Shown in pieces: positions 8,514 to 17,710 of a DNA stretch of 18,856 nucleotides; the first letter of the stretch is position 1; each line of letters starts with the position of its first letter. The stretch is taken from IMG/VR virus record IMGVR_UViG_2630968500_000001. One strand, 5' to 3'. The notes below the pieces were generated by a model that made no database searches, was not told the DNA's origin, and worked only from the letters and a program-made list of their open reading frames with translations. Source of the stretch: a virus. Its lineage: Duplodnaviria > Heunggongvirae > Uroviricota > Caudoviricetes. A program made the position numbers and the translations under genes.

Positions 8514-10009
8514 TATGCAGACTCCTCTGAATACTGAAGACGGAACTGGTTAACCACGGCAAAGACACGCAACTGGTTAACATAGTCAGGCGGGAACAGC
8601 GTGTTCAGGCGGTTCGGATCGCTGGCATCACGCTCCACAACCAGGTACTGCTTAAACAGTTCGTAGTTTTCCACGATCCCCGCACGCTCGAGCTGACGGT
8701 AGGTTGCCAGCAGTTCCCCTTTGATCACCGCCGGGGTGACAATCGCCTGACCGGGACCAAAGCGGGTACCGTCACTGGCAAGCTTGTGACGCCCGTACTT
8801 ACTGGTAATGACGGATTTCAGTTTGCGCAGTACATACGCGCTGGTATGCAGCGTCTCACTGTCGAGGTAGCTGTTATCCGCAACCCCGTAAGCGTTTTTC
8901 CTGTACGTGGTGACATCACGCTGAATGCGCAGTACCCCACTTTCGACATACGCCGTTGCCACGCCATGAGACAGCAGGGTCTGTTGCTCGGTCATCGTGA
9001 ACCGTTTCCCCTTCGGCGCAGGCAGCATACCCACCAGCTCACCGGTCTGCGTGGGACGTGCCGGATCGTTGCGAATAAACACCGCTGCGCGGGCGGTACG
9101 GCTTGCCGCCAGCTCGTCGGCTGGCGTCTGAGTGTCTTTTTCGTATCCCGCCAGGGTAATGTGCTGCTGGTTAAACTGGTCACCTGCGGTCACCAGTTCT
9201 GACAGCGTGCCGATCTTTGCCGTATACACATGACCATACAGCTGACGCGCATAGCTCCAGCGACCGCTGGTATCGTTCATCTCGGTCACCAGCGTGTTAA
9301 CGGAGGCCGTGTCGTTGAACGGCAGGCCGATATAATCAAACGGCTCATCCGCCATTGCAGCCACCGCGCCGGTGAGAACCGGAGCGCCCGTTCCGGCGGT
9401 ACCCGTCGCCACGGCAATCTGTACGCCCGCTGGCAGCACTTCGCCCCCACCAAACCCGTAGTAATTGAGGCTGACAGGAATTTCATTCCCGCAAAGCCCC
9501 TTATGACGCGCGGTCAGTGTGACCACGCCTGCCGAAGATGAAGCCGTAAACGGCAGGGCCGGAACGGCATTGATGGCATCTTTGATACTGCTGGCAATCG
9601 TCGCAACGTTATCGCCGTTGGTCACCGGTGCCTGTACGCGGGTACGTCCCACATAAACATTAACCGTGCCGGTTTCGGTTGCCGCCCCGGTCACCGTCAG
9701 CGTAACCGTTGCCGCCGCGCCCGTGGATTCAGGAACGGCAATCACATACAGCTCACCAAACGGGTCGGTCTGGCGATAAGCCTCGACCATACGCGCCAGC
9801 TGACTTCCCGCACCACAAATCTGGCGTGCATAGTCTGCCGACGGCATCAGCACCAGACTGTTGGCAACAATCTCTGCACCGTTATTGGCATGACCAATCA
9901 GCAGCGATGCTCCGCTGTCCTGTGCAGTATTCGCCGCCTGGTTATCCATTTCCGCATAAAACAGCGGAACCAGCGTATTCGACGGAATGGTGTTAAAGCT
10001 TATCGTCAT
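8513..10009 (-). CDS. Tail sheath protein (Mu gpL-like)
   Basis: 498-aa ORF directly upstream of the tube gene. ATG at 10009-10007. Confidence 0.8.
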   Translation of the reverse strand: MTISFNTIPSNTLVPLFYAEMDNQAANTAQDSGASLLIGHANNGAEIVANSLVLMPSADYARQICGAGSQLARMVEAYRQTDPFGELYVIAVPESTGAAATVTLTVTGAATETGTVNVYVGRTRVQAPVTNGDNVATIASSIKDAINAVPALPFTASSSAGVVTLTARHKGLCGNEIPVSLNYYGFGGGEVLPAGVQIAVATGTAGTGAPVLTGAVAAMADEPFDYIGLPFNDTASVNTLVTEMNDTSGRWSYARQLYGHVYTAKIGTLSELVTAGDQFNQQHITLAGYEKDTQTPADELAASRTARAAVFIRNDPARPTQTGELVGMLPAPKGKRFTMTEQQTLLSHGVATAYVESGVLRIQRDVTTYRKNAYGVADNSYLDSETLHTSAYVLRKLKSVITSKYGRHKLASDGTRFGPGQAIVTPAVIKGELLATYRQLERAGIVENYELFKQYLVVERDASDPNRLNTLFPPDYVNQLRVFAVVNQFRLQYSEESA

Positions 10010-10163
10010 CGGTGTTCACCTTTTTATTCACGCGCCGGATATCACCCGCTGCTTCACGGCGCAGCCAGTAGTTGTTCTCATCAACATTTCGCCCTTCGGT
10101 GGGCAAAAGGTCACCGCGGGCAGGGTCAGGCACTGACCGCCCTTTAACAGGTTTCACAAACAT
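9993..10163 (-). CDS. Small conserved-position ORF (56 aa) upstream of the sheath gene; possibly Mu gp38-like
   Basis: Not in the supplied track (below its apparent length cutoff). ATG at 10163-10161, stop TAA at 9995-9993, translation MFVKPVKGRSVPDPARGDLLPTEGRNVDENNYWLRREAAGDIRRVNKKVNTDDDKL. It fills the otherwise empty 160-bp gap between the gp37-like gene and the sheath gene, and its 3' end overlaps the sheath start in another frame. Confidence 0.35.
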   Translation of the reverse strand: MFVKPVKGRSVPDPARGDLLPTEGRNVDENNYWLRREAAGDIRRVNKKVNTDDDKL

Positions 10164-10171
10164 GAAGATTC

Positions 10172-10732
10172 TCAGGAAGGAAGGGTTATTTCGGTGTGAT
10201 GTTCGATATCGCCGTCAGGCCCGTTACCGGGATCGAGATAATCAACATCAATCGCCAGCGTTCGCAGTTCATCCAGACTGTTCAGGTCATCCTGCTGGCG
10301 GGTATCGTCTTCGGTCAGCTCGCTGATGACCGAAAAATCGAACTGATAAATCAGCTCATGACGATTCAGATCCAGCAGCGTGCCGCCGTCATAGGTAATC
10401 GGGTTACCGCACGCTTCCGGGTTCCAGCCCAGCAGGGCCTTAAAGAGCATCTGCCGGACATCGTCCACCACATCATACGAAGCAAACTGACCGCGCTCAT
10501 CACGCCCGTTACTCAGTATGACAACCACGGAGAAGCCCTCTTTCAGCTCCTGCCAGTAGTCGGTCTGGCTTTTGTTTTCTCCCGGAGAGTCATCACCCGG
10601 TACCACATACGCCGCCGGGAGTCTCAGCTTTCCGACCTCCGGCAGATTTTTGAACTGTGCCGCGCCTGCCACCCGGTTTTCAAAATACGGGCAGCGGGCA
10701 CGCAGCGCAGCAATAACAGGCGTCAGTTTCAT
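10172..10732 (-). CDS. Tail-associated protein (Mu gp37-like / DUF1834-like)
   Basis: 186-aa acidic ORF between the HK97 gp10-like gene and the sheath gene. Assignment is by position and recollection only. Confidence 0.45.
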   Translation of the reverse strand: MKLTPVIAALRARCPYFENRVAGAAQFKNLPEVGKLRLPAAYVVPGDDSPGENKSQTDYWQELKEGFSVVVILSNGRDERGQFASYDVVDDVRQMLFKALLGWNPEACGNPITYDGGTLLDLNRHELIYQFDFSVISELTEDDTRQQDDLNSLDELRTLAIDVDYLDPGNGPDGDIEHHTEITLPS

Positions 10733-11235
10733 CTGTGTCGTCGCTCCGGCTTCAGTGATTTACGTAATTCCCGCGCCAGAAAATAGCGTGTCCAGCTGCG
10801 GTTCTTTTCAAGCGTTTCCACCATAAAGTTATTACGTGGAGCCAGTCGCCAGCCGCTGCCACCGGATGCACCACGATGATGGCTGCGACGACGCTTTGCT
10901 CCTCCCCGGACACCAAAAAACAGAAACGCCGGATAGAAGTCACCAGAGATCATCCGGTTCCCCTTCCCGTTGCGCTGGTTAGGGGCAATGCGTGTCATAA
11001 AACCGGCTCGCTTTTTACTGGCTCTCGGCACCATGTAACCAATCGAACGAGCCAGGCGTCCGGTCTGATAACCGGGGTTTTCACCCGGTGCCGACCGCGC
11101 ACGGCGCATCACCAGCCGACGGGCATCACGCATATGACGCTGCCCAATCGTGACAAACGCCCGCCGGACACGGGCACGGTTAAAGCGCATCTCCGCGGGC
11201 TGCTGAACATCAACGTGAAAAAAGGGAGTCGCCAT
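10729..11235 (-). CDS. HK97 gp10-family head-tail joining protein
   Basis: 168-aa strongly basic ORF (many R/K) located after the head closure gene. Composition and position fit the HK97 gp10 family. Confidence 0.55.
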   Translation of the reverse strand: MATPFFHVDVQQPAEMRFNRARVRRAFVTIGQRHMRDARRLVMRRARSAPGENPGYQTGRLARSIGYMVPRASKKRAGFMTRIAPNQRNGKGNRMISGDFYPAFLFFGVRGGAKRRRSHHRGASGGSGWRLAPRNNFMVETLEKNRSWTRYFLARELRKSLKPERRHR

Positions 11236-11620
11236 TGCTGCCTCCGTGACTCTGCGTAAATTCGCCCAGTTCCGTACACTCCAGCAGCAGAAAGCGCCGC
11301 GCCCCGTTCAGATCGCGCTGACGTTTCACCCGGTACACACTGTCACCGCAGACCACCTCATAATCAGCGGTGATCCCCCGGCGGTAACGAATGGTGATGT
11401 AATGGGTGATGGCGTCCCCGGTCTGCGCGGTTTCCTGCCAGGTGGTGGCACTGGTCTGGACAACCTTCGCCCATGTCCGGAACGCAACCGGGTATTGAGG
11501 ATCCACGCCAAAGTTATCCGCGGGCATATCCACCCGCTGGCGGATCAGGACGCGTTTATTCAGTTCACCGGGGTCCGGCAGAATGTAGGTTGCGCTGGTC
11601 TGCGCCTGACGAATTTTCAT
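11210..11620 (-). CDS. Head closure / head-tail adaptor protein
   Basis: 136-aa ORF following the gp6-like connector gene. Start overlaps the upstream stop. Confidence 0.55.
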   Translation of the reverse strand: MKIRQAQTSATYILPDPGELNKRVLIRQRVDMPADNFGVDPQYPVAFRTWAKVVQTSATTWQETAQTGDAITHYITIRYRRGITADYEVVCGDSVYRVKRQRDLNGARRFLLLECTELGEFTQSHGGSNGDSLFSR

Positions 11621-11940
11621 TGCGGAAAGTACCTGTACGGGCCGACAAGCCAGCCAAAACTCTGCGGCATGTCGAGTTTCTCCACTTCCGTAACCGACGA
11701 GCGGTTTTCGTAAAAATGGCTGATAAGCATCAGCATCCCCAGACGAATATCATCCGGCAGGTGCAGCCCGTCCGGATCGCTGTCCGGAATGGTTTCATCC
11801 GGAGCATAGAGCTTCCGGTTCAGATACGTTTCCGTCCGCTTTTGCGCCGCACAGGCCAGCAGTTGCAGATGGCGGTCATCAGCATCGAAATCCTCATCCA
11901 GCCTGAGTTGGGCTTTAATCTCTTCCATTGTCAGAAGCAT
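11617..11940 (-). CDS. Head-tail connector protein (phage gp6-like)
   Basis: 107-aa ORF (MLLTMEEIKAQLRLDEDFDADDRHLQLL…) with GAGGG 6 nt upstream of the ATG. The N-terminal motif is typical of gp6-like connector proteins. Confidence 0.6.
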   Translation of the reverse strand: MLLTMEEIKAQLRLDEDFDADDRHLQLLACAAQKRTETYLNRKLYAPDETIPDSDPDGLHLPDDIRLGMLMLISHFYENRSSVTEVEKLDMPQSFGWLVGPYRYFPQ

Positions 11941-11952
11941 ACTCAGCCCTCT

Positions 11953-12144
11953 TTACTGGTCGTGGCTTTTTTTCTCTTTTGTCGCTTTACTGCTTTTTGC
12001 ACTGGTTCCGCGCTCTGCTAACCCGGCCTGAAGTGCAATCTCCTGCACCCGGGCAGGAAGCGCCCCGTCGTCATACTCACCGGCCCGAATGACCTCAACA
12101 CGCATACCGTCCGGTGACCATTTCAGATCTTGTTTCAGGATCAT
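11953..12144 (-). CDS. Hypothetical small protein (63 aa) between the major capsid and connector genes
   Basis: ORF with a weak SD-like GGGTGA upstream and a Lys/Ser-rich C-terminus (…TSAKSSKATKEKKSHDQ). GC content is phage-like. Real expression is uncertain. Confidence 0.35.
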   Translation of the reverse strand: MILKQDLKWSPDGMRVEVIRAGEYDDGALPARVQEIALQAGLAERGTSAKSSKATKEKKSHDQ

Positions 12145-12163
12145 GATTCTTCACCCGTCAGAA

Positions 12164-12188
12164 CAGGGGGCGCGGTTCCACGCCCCTG
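12164..12188 (-). terminator. Hairpin immediately downstream of the major capsid gene (possible attenuator or partial terminator)
   Basis: Minus strand reads CAGGGGCG-TGGAACCG-CGCCCCCTG, an 8-bp GC-rich stem with a 1-nt bulge, starting 6 nt after the capsid stop codon. It is followed only by TTCTG, a weak U-tract, so at best it is a leaky terminator or RNA stabiliser. Confidence 0.3.
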
Positions 12189-12193
12189 AGTGA

Positions 12194-13399
12194 TTACGCC
12201 GCTGCAATCTTCAGCAGTTTGATGGCCTGCGAATCGACCAGCATCCCGCCGGTGCGCTTGGTGGTATAAAAACCGACAAACGGTTTATTGGTGTACGGGT
12301 CACGCAGAATGCGGGTGCCGATACGGTCAACGATGGTGTAACCCCGTTTGAAGTTACCAAATGCAATGGCTTTCGCATCAGCGGCGATATCCGGCATCTG
12401 TTCGTTTTCAGCGATACCGTAACCCGCCAGAGAGGACGGCTGCCCCAGTTCCAGCCCCGGACGCCACAGATAGTTACCCTCGGTGTCTTTCAGCAGACGG
12501 ATGGCAAACAGGCTGTTGTTGTTCATCATGAACTTCGCGCCAGTGCGGTGTGCCTTACGCAGCGTGTAAATCAGTTTGATAATGGCGTCTGCGGTCACCG
12601 CGGTCGCTTCGCCGGATACAATATGCTGAAGTTTGCCGAACGCCCGGACCTTGTCGGTTTCATCAGTGGATTCATACGCCAGGAACCCTTTCGGCTTCTT
12701 GGTGCCATCGCCTGAGGTAAAGGCAATTTCTTCCTGTTCGGCAAATTCGGTTGCCAGCTCGCTGTTGATCCAGGCCTCCACGTTGAAGAAGGCATCGTCC
12801 AGCATTTTCTGGGTAGCCTGCGGGTTGCCGTAGATTTCCCCCATGAGAGGTTCAATCTGCTCCAGTCTGGAGGTGGCAGTCTGGGCTCGCGTATCCGTTT
12901 CCCCCACCCATCCGGAAGCCGTACCGCCCAGATTCACCAGTTTTTTGTAGTCGGAACCGCCAACGGTGATCACCGTGGCTTCCTGACGCATCACCACTTC
13001 ATCTTTCAGCAGGTTAAGAATGTTGCGATCCAGTTCTTCCGGCACGGCGTAGCCACCGTCTTCATCGGTACCCACCTGCAATGCCTTACGCTCCAGATCG
13101 CGCAGACCGTCTTCACGGCCTTTACGCAGGAAGCCCACAAACGCCTCTTTATGCTCGGTGGCCAGTTTATTTTGCGCTCCACCTGCCGGACGTTTCAGCT
13201 CAAGCAGCTCTTTTTCAAGGTCGCTTTTGAGATTTTCCAGCTCGCTGAGTTTCCCGTTCAGGGTTTCCACCTGCCCGGCAAGCTTGCCTTTTTCCTGCTC
13301 AATCGCATCCACGCGCTTGTCGTTCTTTGCTTTGAAGTCGTCAAACTTCTGCTGCAGCTCCTGCGCGACCTGTTCCACATCTTTAATATCAACCGCCAT
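12194..13399 (-). CDS. Major capsid protein, HK97 family, with N-terminal coiled-coil delta (scaffold-like) domain
   Basis: 401-aa ORF with AGGAG 8 nt upstream of the ATG. The N-terminal ~90 aa are rich in E/K/L heptads (DIKDVEQVAQELQQKFDDFKAKNDKRVDAIEQEKGKLAGQVETLNGKLSELENLKSDLEKELLELK). It directly follows the prohead protease gene. Confidence 0.85.
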   Translation of the reverse strand: MAVDIKDVEQVAQELQQKFDDFKAKNDKRVDAIEQEKGKLAGQVETLNGKLSELENLKSDLEKELLELKRPAGGAQNKLATEHKEAFVGFLRKGREDGLRDLERKALQVGTDEDGGYAVPEELDRNILNLLKDEVVMRQEATVITVGGSDYKKLVNLGGTASGWVGETDTRAQTATSRLEQIEPLMGEIYGNPQATQKMLDDAFFNVEAWINSELATEFAEQEEIAFTSGDGTKKPKGFLAYESTDETDKVRAFGKLQHIVSGEATAVTADAIIKLIYTLRKAHRTGAKFMMNNNSLFAIRLLKDTEGNYLWRPGLELGQPSSLAGYGIAENEQMPDIAADAKAIAFGNFKRGYTIVDRIGTRILRDPYTNKPFVGFYTTKRTGGMLVDSQAIKLLKIAAA

Positions 13400-13413
13400 C
13401 GTATTTCTCCTGA

Positions 13414-14064
13414 TTAGAAGTTCAGATTTTTCAGTGCATTCAGTGCAGAGCCCACATCCTCAGCGTCGCGCAGGGACAGTGCGCCATAGCCCCCGGCCAT
13501 GAATGCTTTGGCCTGGGTACGGGAGAGTCCGACATCACGCAGGACTCTTTCGATTTTTTTCTGTTCGGGGATTTCCCCGCGGGCCAGTGCGTTCTTGACG
13601 TCGCTGATCCGCGCCTCGTCGTTAGACGGGAACGTCACCAGGCTGACTTCCCAGAGGTCGATTTCTTTCAGCAGAAAGGCTTCTTTGCTCCGGTCGTATT
13701 CCCAGTCTTTCAGGACGTACCCAATAGAAAGGCCGGTTAACGAACCGGCCTTCATGTGTGCATGTGCGCGTTTTGCGAGGGGATCATCATCAATAAGCAA
13801 CCGTCCCCTGACGTAAAGCCCGACATCGTCTTCCTTCATTTCAGTGTAAACACCGATGGGTTCATCCATGCGGTGCTGCCAGAGCAGCGCAGGTAACGCT
13901 TTTCTGTCACTCCACGCCCGCAGGGAAGCAGCAAATGCCCCGGACATCACCACATCATCGTGGCTGTCCTTTACACCAAAGACGGAGCCATACCCTTCAA
14001 ACTCACCGGAGTCACTGACAGATTTCAGACTCAGCGGTACATCAAGACGTTGTTTCGTCTGCAT
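13414..14064 (-). CDS. Prohead maturation protease, HK97 family (start revised to an internal ATG)
   Basis: The track ORF runs 13414..14100. The ATG at 14064-14062 (MQTKQRLDVPLSLKSVSDSGEFEGYGSVFGVKDSHDDVV…) has AAGGA 8 nt upstream, whereas the ATG at 14100 has no good SD. The FEGYGSVFG motif is characteristic of HK97-type proteases (recollection). Confidence 0.8.
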   Translation of the reverse strand: MQTKQRLDVPLSLKSVSDSGEFEGYGSVFGVKDSHDDVVMSGAFAASLRAWSDRKALPALLWQHRMDEPIGVYTEMKEDDVGLYVRGRLLIDDDPLAKRAHAHMKAGSLTGLSIGYVLKDWEYDRSKEAFLLKEIDLWEVSLVTFPSNDEARISDVKNALARGEIPEQKKIERVLRDVGLSRTQAKAFMAGGYGALSLRDAEDVGSALNALKNLNF

Positions 14065-15283
14065 TGGCGTTATCCTTCTGCTTACCGGCTTTACTGCCAT
14101 CGGAGGGTTTCGTGGTCATGTTCATCGGTGTGAGATAGACATCACCACCGGGTCGTGGATTCATATCTTCCAGGTCGCGGCAGTCATTGGGAGAGTAAAT
14201 TCCCCAGTTGATCCCGGTGGCGTAGGCTTCAAAACGGGACTTCATATCCCCGCGCAGTAACGCCCCGGCGTTAAATTTGGCGTAATAAACGCCCTGCTTA
14301 CTTTTTCGTACCAGTCCGGTGTTGATCCGCTGTTCGATGCGGGTCAGATACGGCACCAGTGAATAGTTGATAAATCCCAGCCCCAGCTCTTCGATATTGT
14401 TGAAGGTGGCGCGATCGGTGTTCTGCACCATGTGCAACGGCACCCGGAACAGACGACAGATTTCTTCAAGCTGAAACTTGCGGGTTTCCAGGAACTGGCT
14501 GTCCTCGGCGTTCAGCGCCATCGACTTCCAGTCCAGCCCCATCTCAAGGATCATCGGGCGGTGAGCATTGCCAAGCCCGGTGTGACGCTCCTCAAAATCT
14601 TTCTTCAGGCGCTCATAAGCCTGATCTGACAGCGTCTGCTCTGTACGCAACACACCCGACGTCACCGCGCCATTGCTGAACAGTCTGGCCCCGTGCTCTT
14701 CGGTCGCTGCCGCCAGCGATATTGCCTCGCGGGCATAGGCGATGGGATTCAGCCCCACCAGTCCGTCCAGCGTCAGCGTGCGCACATGCCAGATATCCTC
14801 CTGGCTCAGTACATCCGTGGAGCCATCCGGGAATGTGACCTGATAGACCGGCTCCCAGCTACTGTTAAGCTTCGGTACCACACAGCCGGGATCGACGGGC
14901 AGCAGTTCAGCCACTTCGCCAAATGCTTTCACTTTGTAGGCGTAAAAGTTTCCCCGCAGGCACAGACAGGTGACCACCAGCTCCCAGAACTCCTGCGGCG
15001 TCATATAGCCATTGGGATGCGTGGAGATCAGCTTATGCAGACGTTCGCCAGCGGCTCTCTGCTTCAGACTGCCGTTCAGGTGATACAGGTTGCAGGGCAA
15101 CATCCCGACCGACTCCGCCAGCACCCTGACACAGGAAAAAACCGCCGTCAGTCGCATGGCCCGCTGGCTGCTGATCTGCTTTCCGGTATAGGTGTCGTAG
15201 GACAACCCGATAGCATCCGCCAGCTCTGCTGGCGTGGTCACCGGTGCGTCACTTTTTCGTTGAAATAATCCCGAAAAGAACAC
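14042..15283 (-). CDS. Portal protein, HK97 family
   Basis: 413-aa ORF starting at GTG (15283-15281) with GGAGG 5-6 nt upstream. It sits downstream of the terminase large subunit gene and upstream of the protease gene. Confidence 0.85.
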   Translation of the reverse strand: MFFSGLFQRKSDAPVTTPAELADAIGLSYDTYTGKQISSQRAMRLTAVFSCVRVLAESVGMLPCNLYHLNGSLKQRAAGERLHKLISTHPNGYMTPQEFWELVVTCLCLRGNFYAYKVKAFGEVAELLPVDPGCVVPKLNSSWEPVYQVTFPDGSTDVLSQEDIWHVRTLTLDGLVGLNPIAYAREAISLAAATEEHGARLFSNGAVTSGVLRTEQTLSDQAYERLKKDFEERHTGLGNAHRPMILEMGLDWKSMALNAEDSQFLETRKFQLEEICRLFRVPLHMVQNTDRATFNNIEELGLGFINYSLVPYLTRIEQRINTGLVRKSKQGVYYAKFNAGALLRGDMKSRFEAYATGINWGIYSPNDCRDLEDMNPRPGGDVYLTPMNMTTKPSDGSKAGKQKDNANADETTS

Positions 15284-15465
15284 TATTTACCTCCGCCGAC
15301 AGACGACTGTGTACGGTCGAGATATCGCGCCACCAGCCACGACCAGAACAGGCACAACGCCCCGGCAACAACAAACCCCGCCGGGGGATAAATCAGCCAG
15401 GCACCATACGCCAGCAAAAGCGCCCCCAGCACGCCCACCAGAGGCGCGAGAATCAGCATGATCAT
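15283..15465 (-). CDS. Small predicted membrane protein (60 aa, two hydrophobic segments), translationally coupled to the portal gene
   Basis: ATG at 15465-15463 with GAGGT 5 nt upstream. Translation [60 protein letters not shown]. Its stop TAG (15285-15283) overlaps the portal GTG by 1 nt, and its last codons carry the portal SD. Confidence 0.45.
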
Positions 15466-15476
15466 AATTACCTCAG

Positions 15477-17210
15477 TTAAAGCGAGCGGATCCCATAGGA
15501 CTCAATGTGGTCAGACAGCGTGTCTTCTTTCTCGTACAGCATGGCTCTGCCAACCGCCATAATCAGCGCAACTGCACCATCGATTTTGTTTTCCGCCTGC
15601 TCTTTGACGGGCTTCACCACATCATCGTTACCCGGAATGGTTTTGCCGACCACGTTGCCGATACACCAGGTCATGATGGGATTGCCATCATGATGAAAGC
15701 GCCCCGATTCAATTGCCGCTTCCAGCTCTTTCATCGGGTCGGACATGTTGGTGTAGTTCTGAATGATAGTGACGGGATTCAGGTCTTCATCAGCAAGGTC
15801 ATGTGACAACCCGGTCGCCCCGAAGGGGTCGATGGGTGACTCACTGACCGGGCTGATTTTGTTCGCCGCTTTGGCCTCCTCGAGGATGTAGCGATAATCC
15901 ACCTCCGCACCATCGGTAACGGTCAGAACGCCCATTTCCACCCATTTCTGAAAGCGTTCGGCTGTCCGTCGATCTTCATTTTTCTCGACGCTGTACACCG
16001 TGTCATACGGTACCCAGAAACGCGGGGCCACACTGTAGTAATGCGTTTTACCGTCAATCTCGCGGGTATAAAGTCGCGCCATGCTGTTCATATCCAGCTT
16101 ACGCGCCAGGTCAAAGGCCAGAATGCACGGCTGCCCCTCGAACTGCTCAAGGGTCAGTGATTTATCCTCGCAGCTCTGCCAGCTCACCAGGTTGAAATAC
16201 GCCGAACGCGCCGACACCCAGATATTGAGGTGTTTTGTTTTAAAGACGTTTGCCAGACGGGCGTTATTTTTCGCACGCTGCTGCTGACTTAACAAAAATT
16301 CGCGATAAACCGACACGCCAATATTTGGATTGGCTTTTTCCAGCACCTGCGGGTCGGTCCAGTCGTCACCTTCATCAACGGTATAGATGATCCCGAACAG
16401 TTCATCGTTAGGCACCGAGCCGTTGAGCATCTCGATGACTTCCCGCCGCTTGTCGTAGCACGGCCCCTCAATGTTGTACCCGGCGGTGGTGATGGCCCAC
16501 ATCAGTGGCTGACGTCGCGCCCCCATCCCGGTAAGCATTGTGGTATAAAGCGCATCGGTGGCATGCTCGTGATATTCATCAACCACGGCACAGTGGGGTG
16601 ATGAACCATCACCTGGGTTGCCGATCAGCGGTTCAAACCGCGCGCCATCCTCCGGACGGTTCATGTTTGAGGCGTTAACCTCAATCCCGAACGCTTCCGT
16701 CAGCATGGGTGTGCGTTTACACATCAGTCGTGCCGGGCGAAAGACTTCCCACGCCTGTTTCTCTGTCGTGGCACCGGAATACACTTCCGCGCCAAACTCG
16801 TTATCACAGGCAAAACAATACAGGGCAACACCGGCAGAGATTGCTGATTTGCCGTTCTTACGGGGGATTTCGGTGTACACCTCCCGGAAGCGGCGCAACC
16901 GGGTGCCTTTATTGACCCAGCCAAACGCACAGCAGATCACAAATAGCTGCCACGGCTCCAGCGTGATGGGCATCCGTTTGAATGCCCACTCCCCCTTGGT
17001 GTGCGGCAACAGCTGAATAAATTTCGCGGCCCGTTCAGCCAGGTCCTTGTCGAAGCGGTAACGAAACGACTTACTTTTTTCCGCCATCAGGTCATCAAGA
17101 TGGCGCTGGCAGGCCTGAATCACAAACTGGCAGGCCACAATCTTTCCGCGCACAACATCACGGGCATACTGATTGGCAGCATTTACGTTGGGGTAAGATT
17201 TCCGGCTCAT
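15477..17210 (-). CDS. Terminase large subunit
   Basis: 577-aa ORF. Its ATG (17210-17208) overlaps the small-subunit stop in an ATGA arrangement. Size and position are typical of TerL. Confidence 0.85.
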
Positions 17211-17701
17211 GACTCGATGATTTTCAGAAACGGGTTAGTGGCTTTCTTCTGCCCCGCCAGGCCAATCAGACGCTGGCGGCTGCTGGGGTCGAGTCCGAGC
17301 ATTGCCCCCGTGCTGCTCATCTCGGACTCCTGTTCTTTTTTGGCGGTCAGCTCCGGATTTTTGACCCTGCCGCCCATTGCACCGGTGATGGTGTTGCCCT
17401 GTATGGCAATATTTTTCACGGCACGTCGCCAGAACTCATAGGCCACGCACCACCGCTCAAGCACCGCGAGGTCAGTCACGCACAACAGGCCCTGACCGCA
17501 GAGTTCTTTGGTTGTCAGTTGCCACATGATCGTGGCGAGAGGGAGATCTTCTTCAGCGAACCACTCTGGTGGCTCAACACCTTTGATGGGCGTAAAAACA
17601 GGTTCATCTTTGTTCAGGGCTCGCTTGCCGGGGTTTCCGGCCAGCGCCTTGCGCGCCGTTGGCTTGGGGCGACGCCCGGAACGCCCCGCCGTTCCAGCCA
17701 T
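17207..17701 (-). CDS. Terminase small subunit (P27 family-like), start revised to ATG at 17701
   Basis: The track ORF starts at GTG 17710, which has no usable SD spacing. The ATG at 17701-17699 ([27 protein letters not shown]…) has AGGAG 9 nt upstream. The basic N-terminus is typical of P27-family small terminases. Confidence 0.75.
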   Translation of the reverse strand: MAGTAGRSGRRPKPTARKALAGNPGKRALNKDEPVFTPIKGVEPPEWFAEEDLPLATIMWQLTTKELCGQGLLCVTDLAVLERWCVAYEFWRRAVKNIAIQGNTITGAMGGRVKNPELTAKKEQESEMSSTGAMLGLDPSSRQRLIGLAGQKKATNPFLKIIES

Positions 17702-17710
17702 ATGCGGCAC

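Noticed and set aside
14065-14100. Upstream ATG (14100) as the protease start
   Set aside because: No usable SD and a 59-bp overlap with the portal gene. The ATG at 14064 has AAGGA at 8 nt.
17708-17710. GTG start of terS as given in the ORF track
   Set aside because: The AGGAG motif abuts this GTG with no spacer. The ATG 9 nt downstream (17701) has proper spacing and gives a conventional N-terminus.
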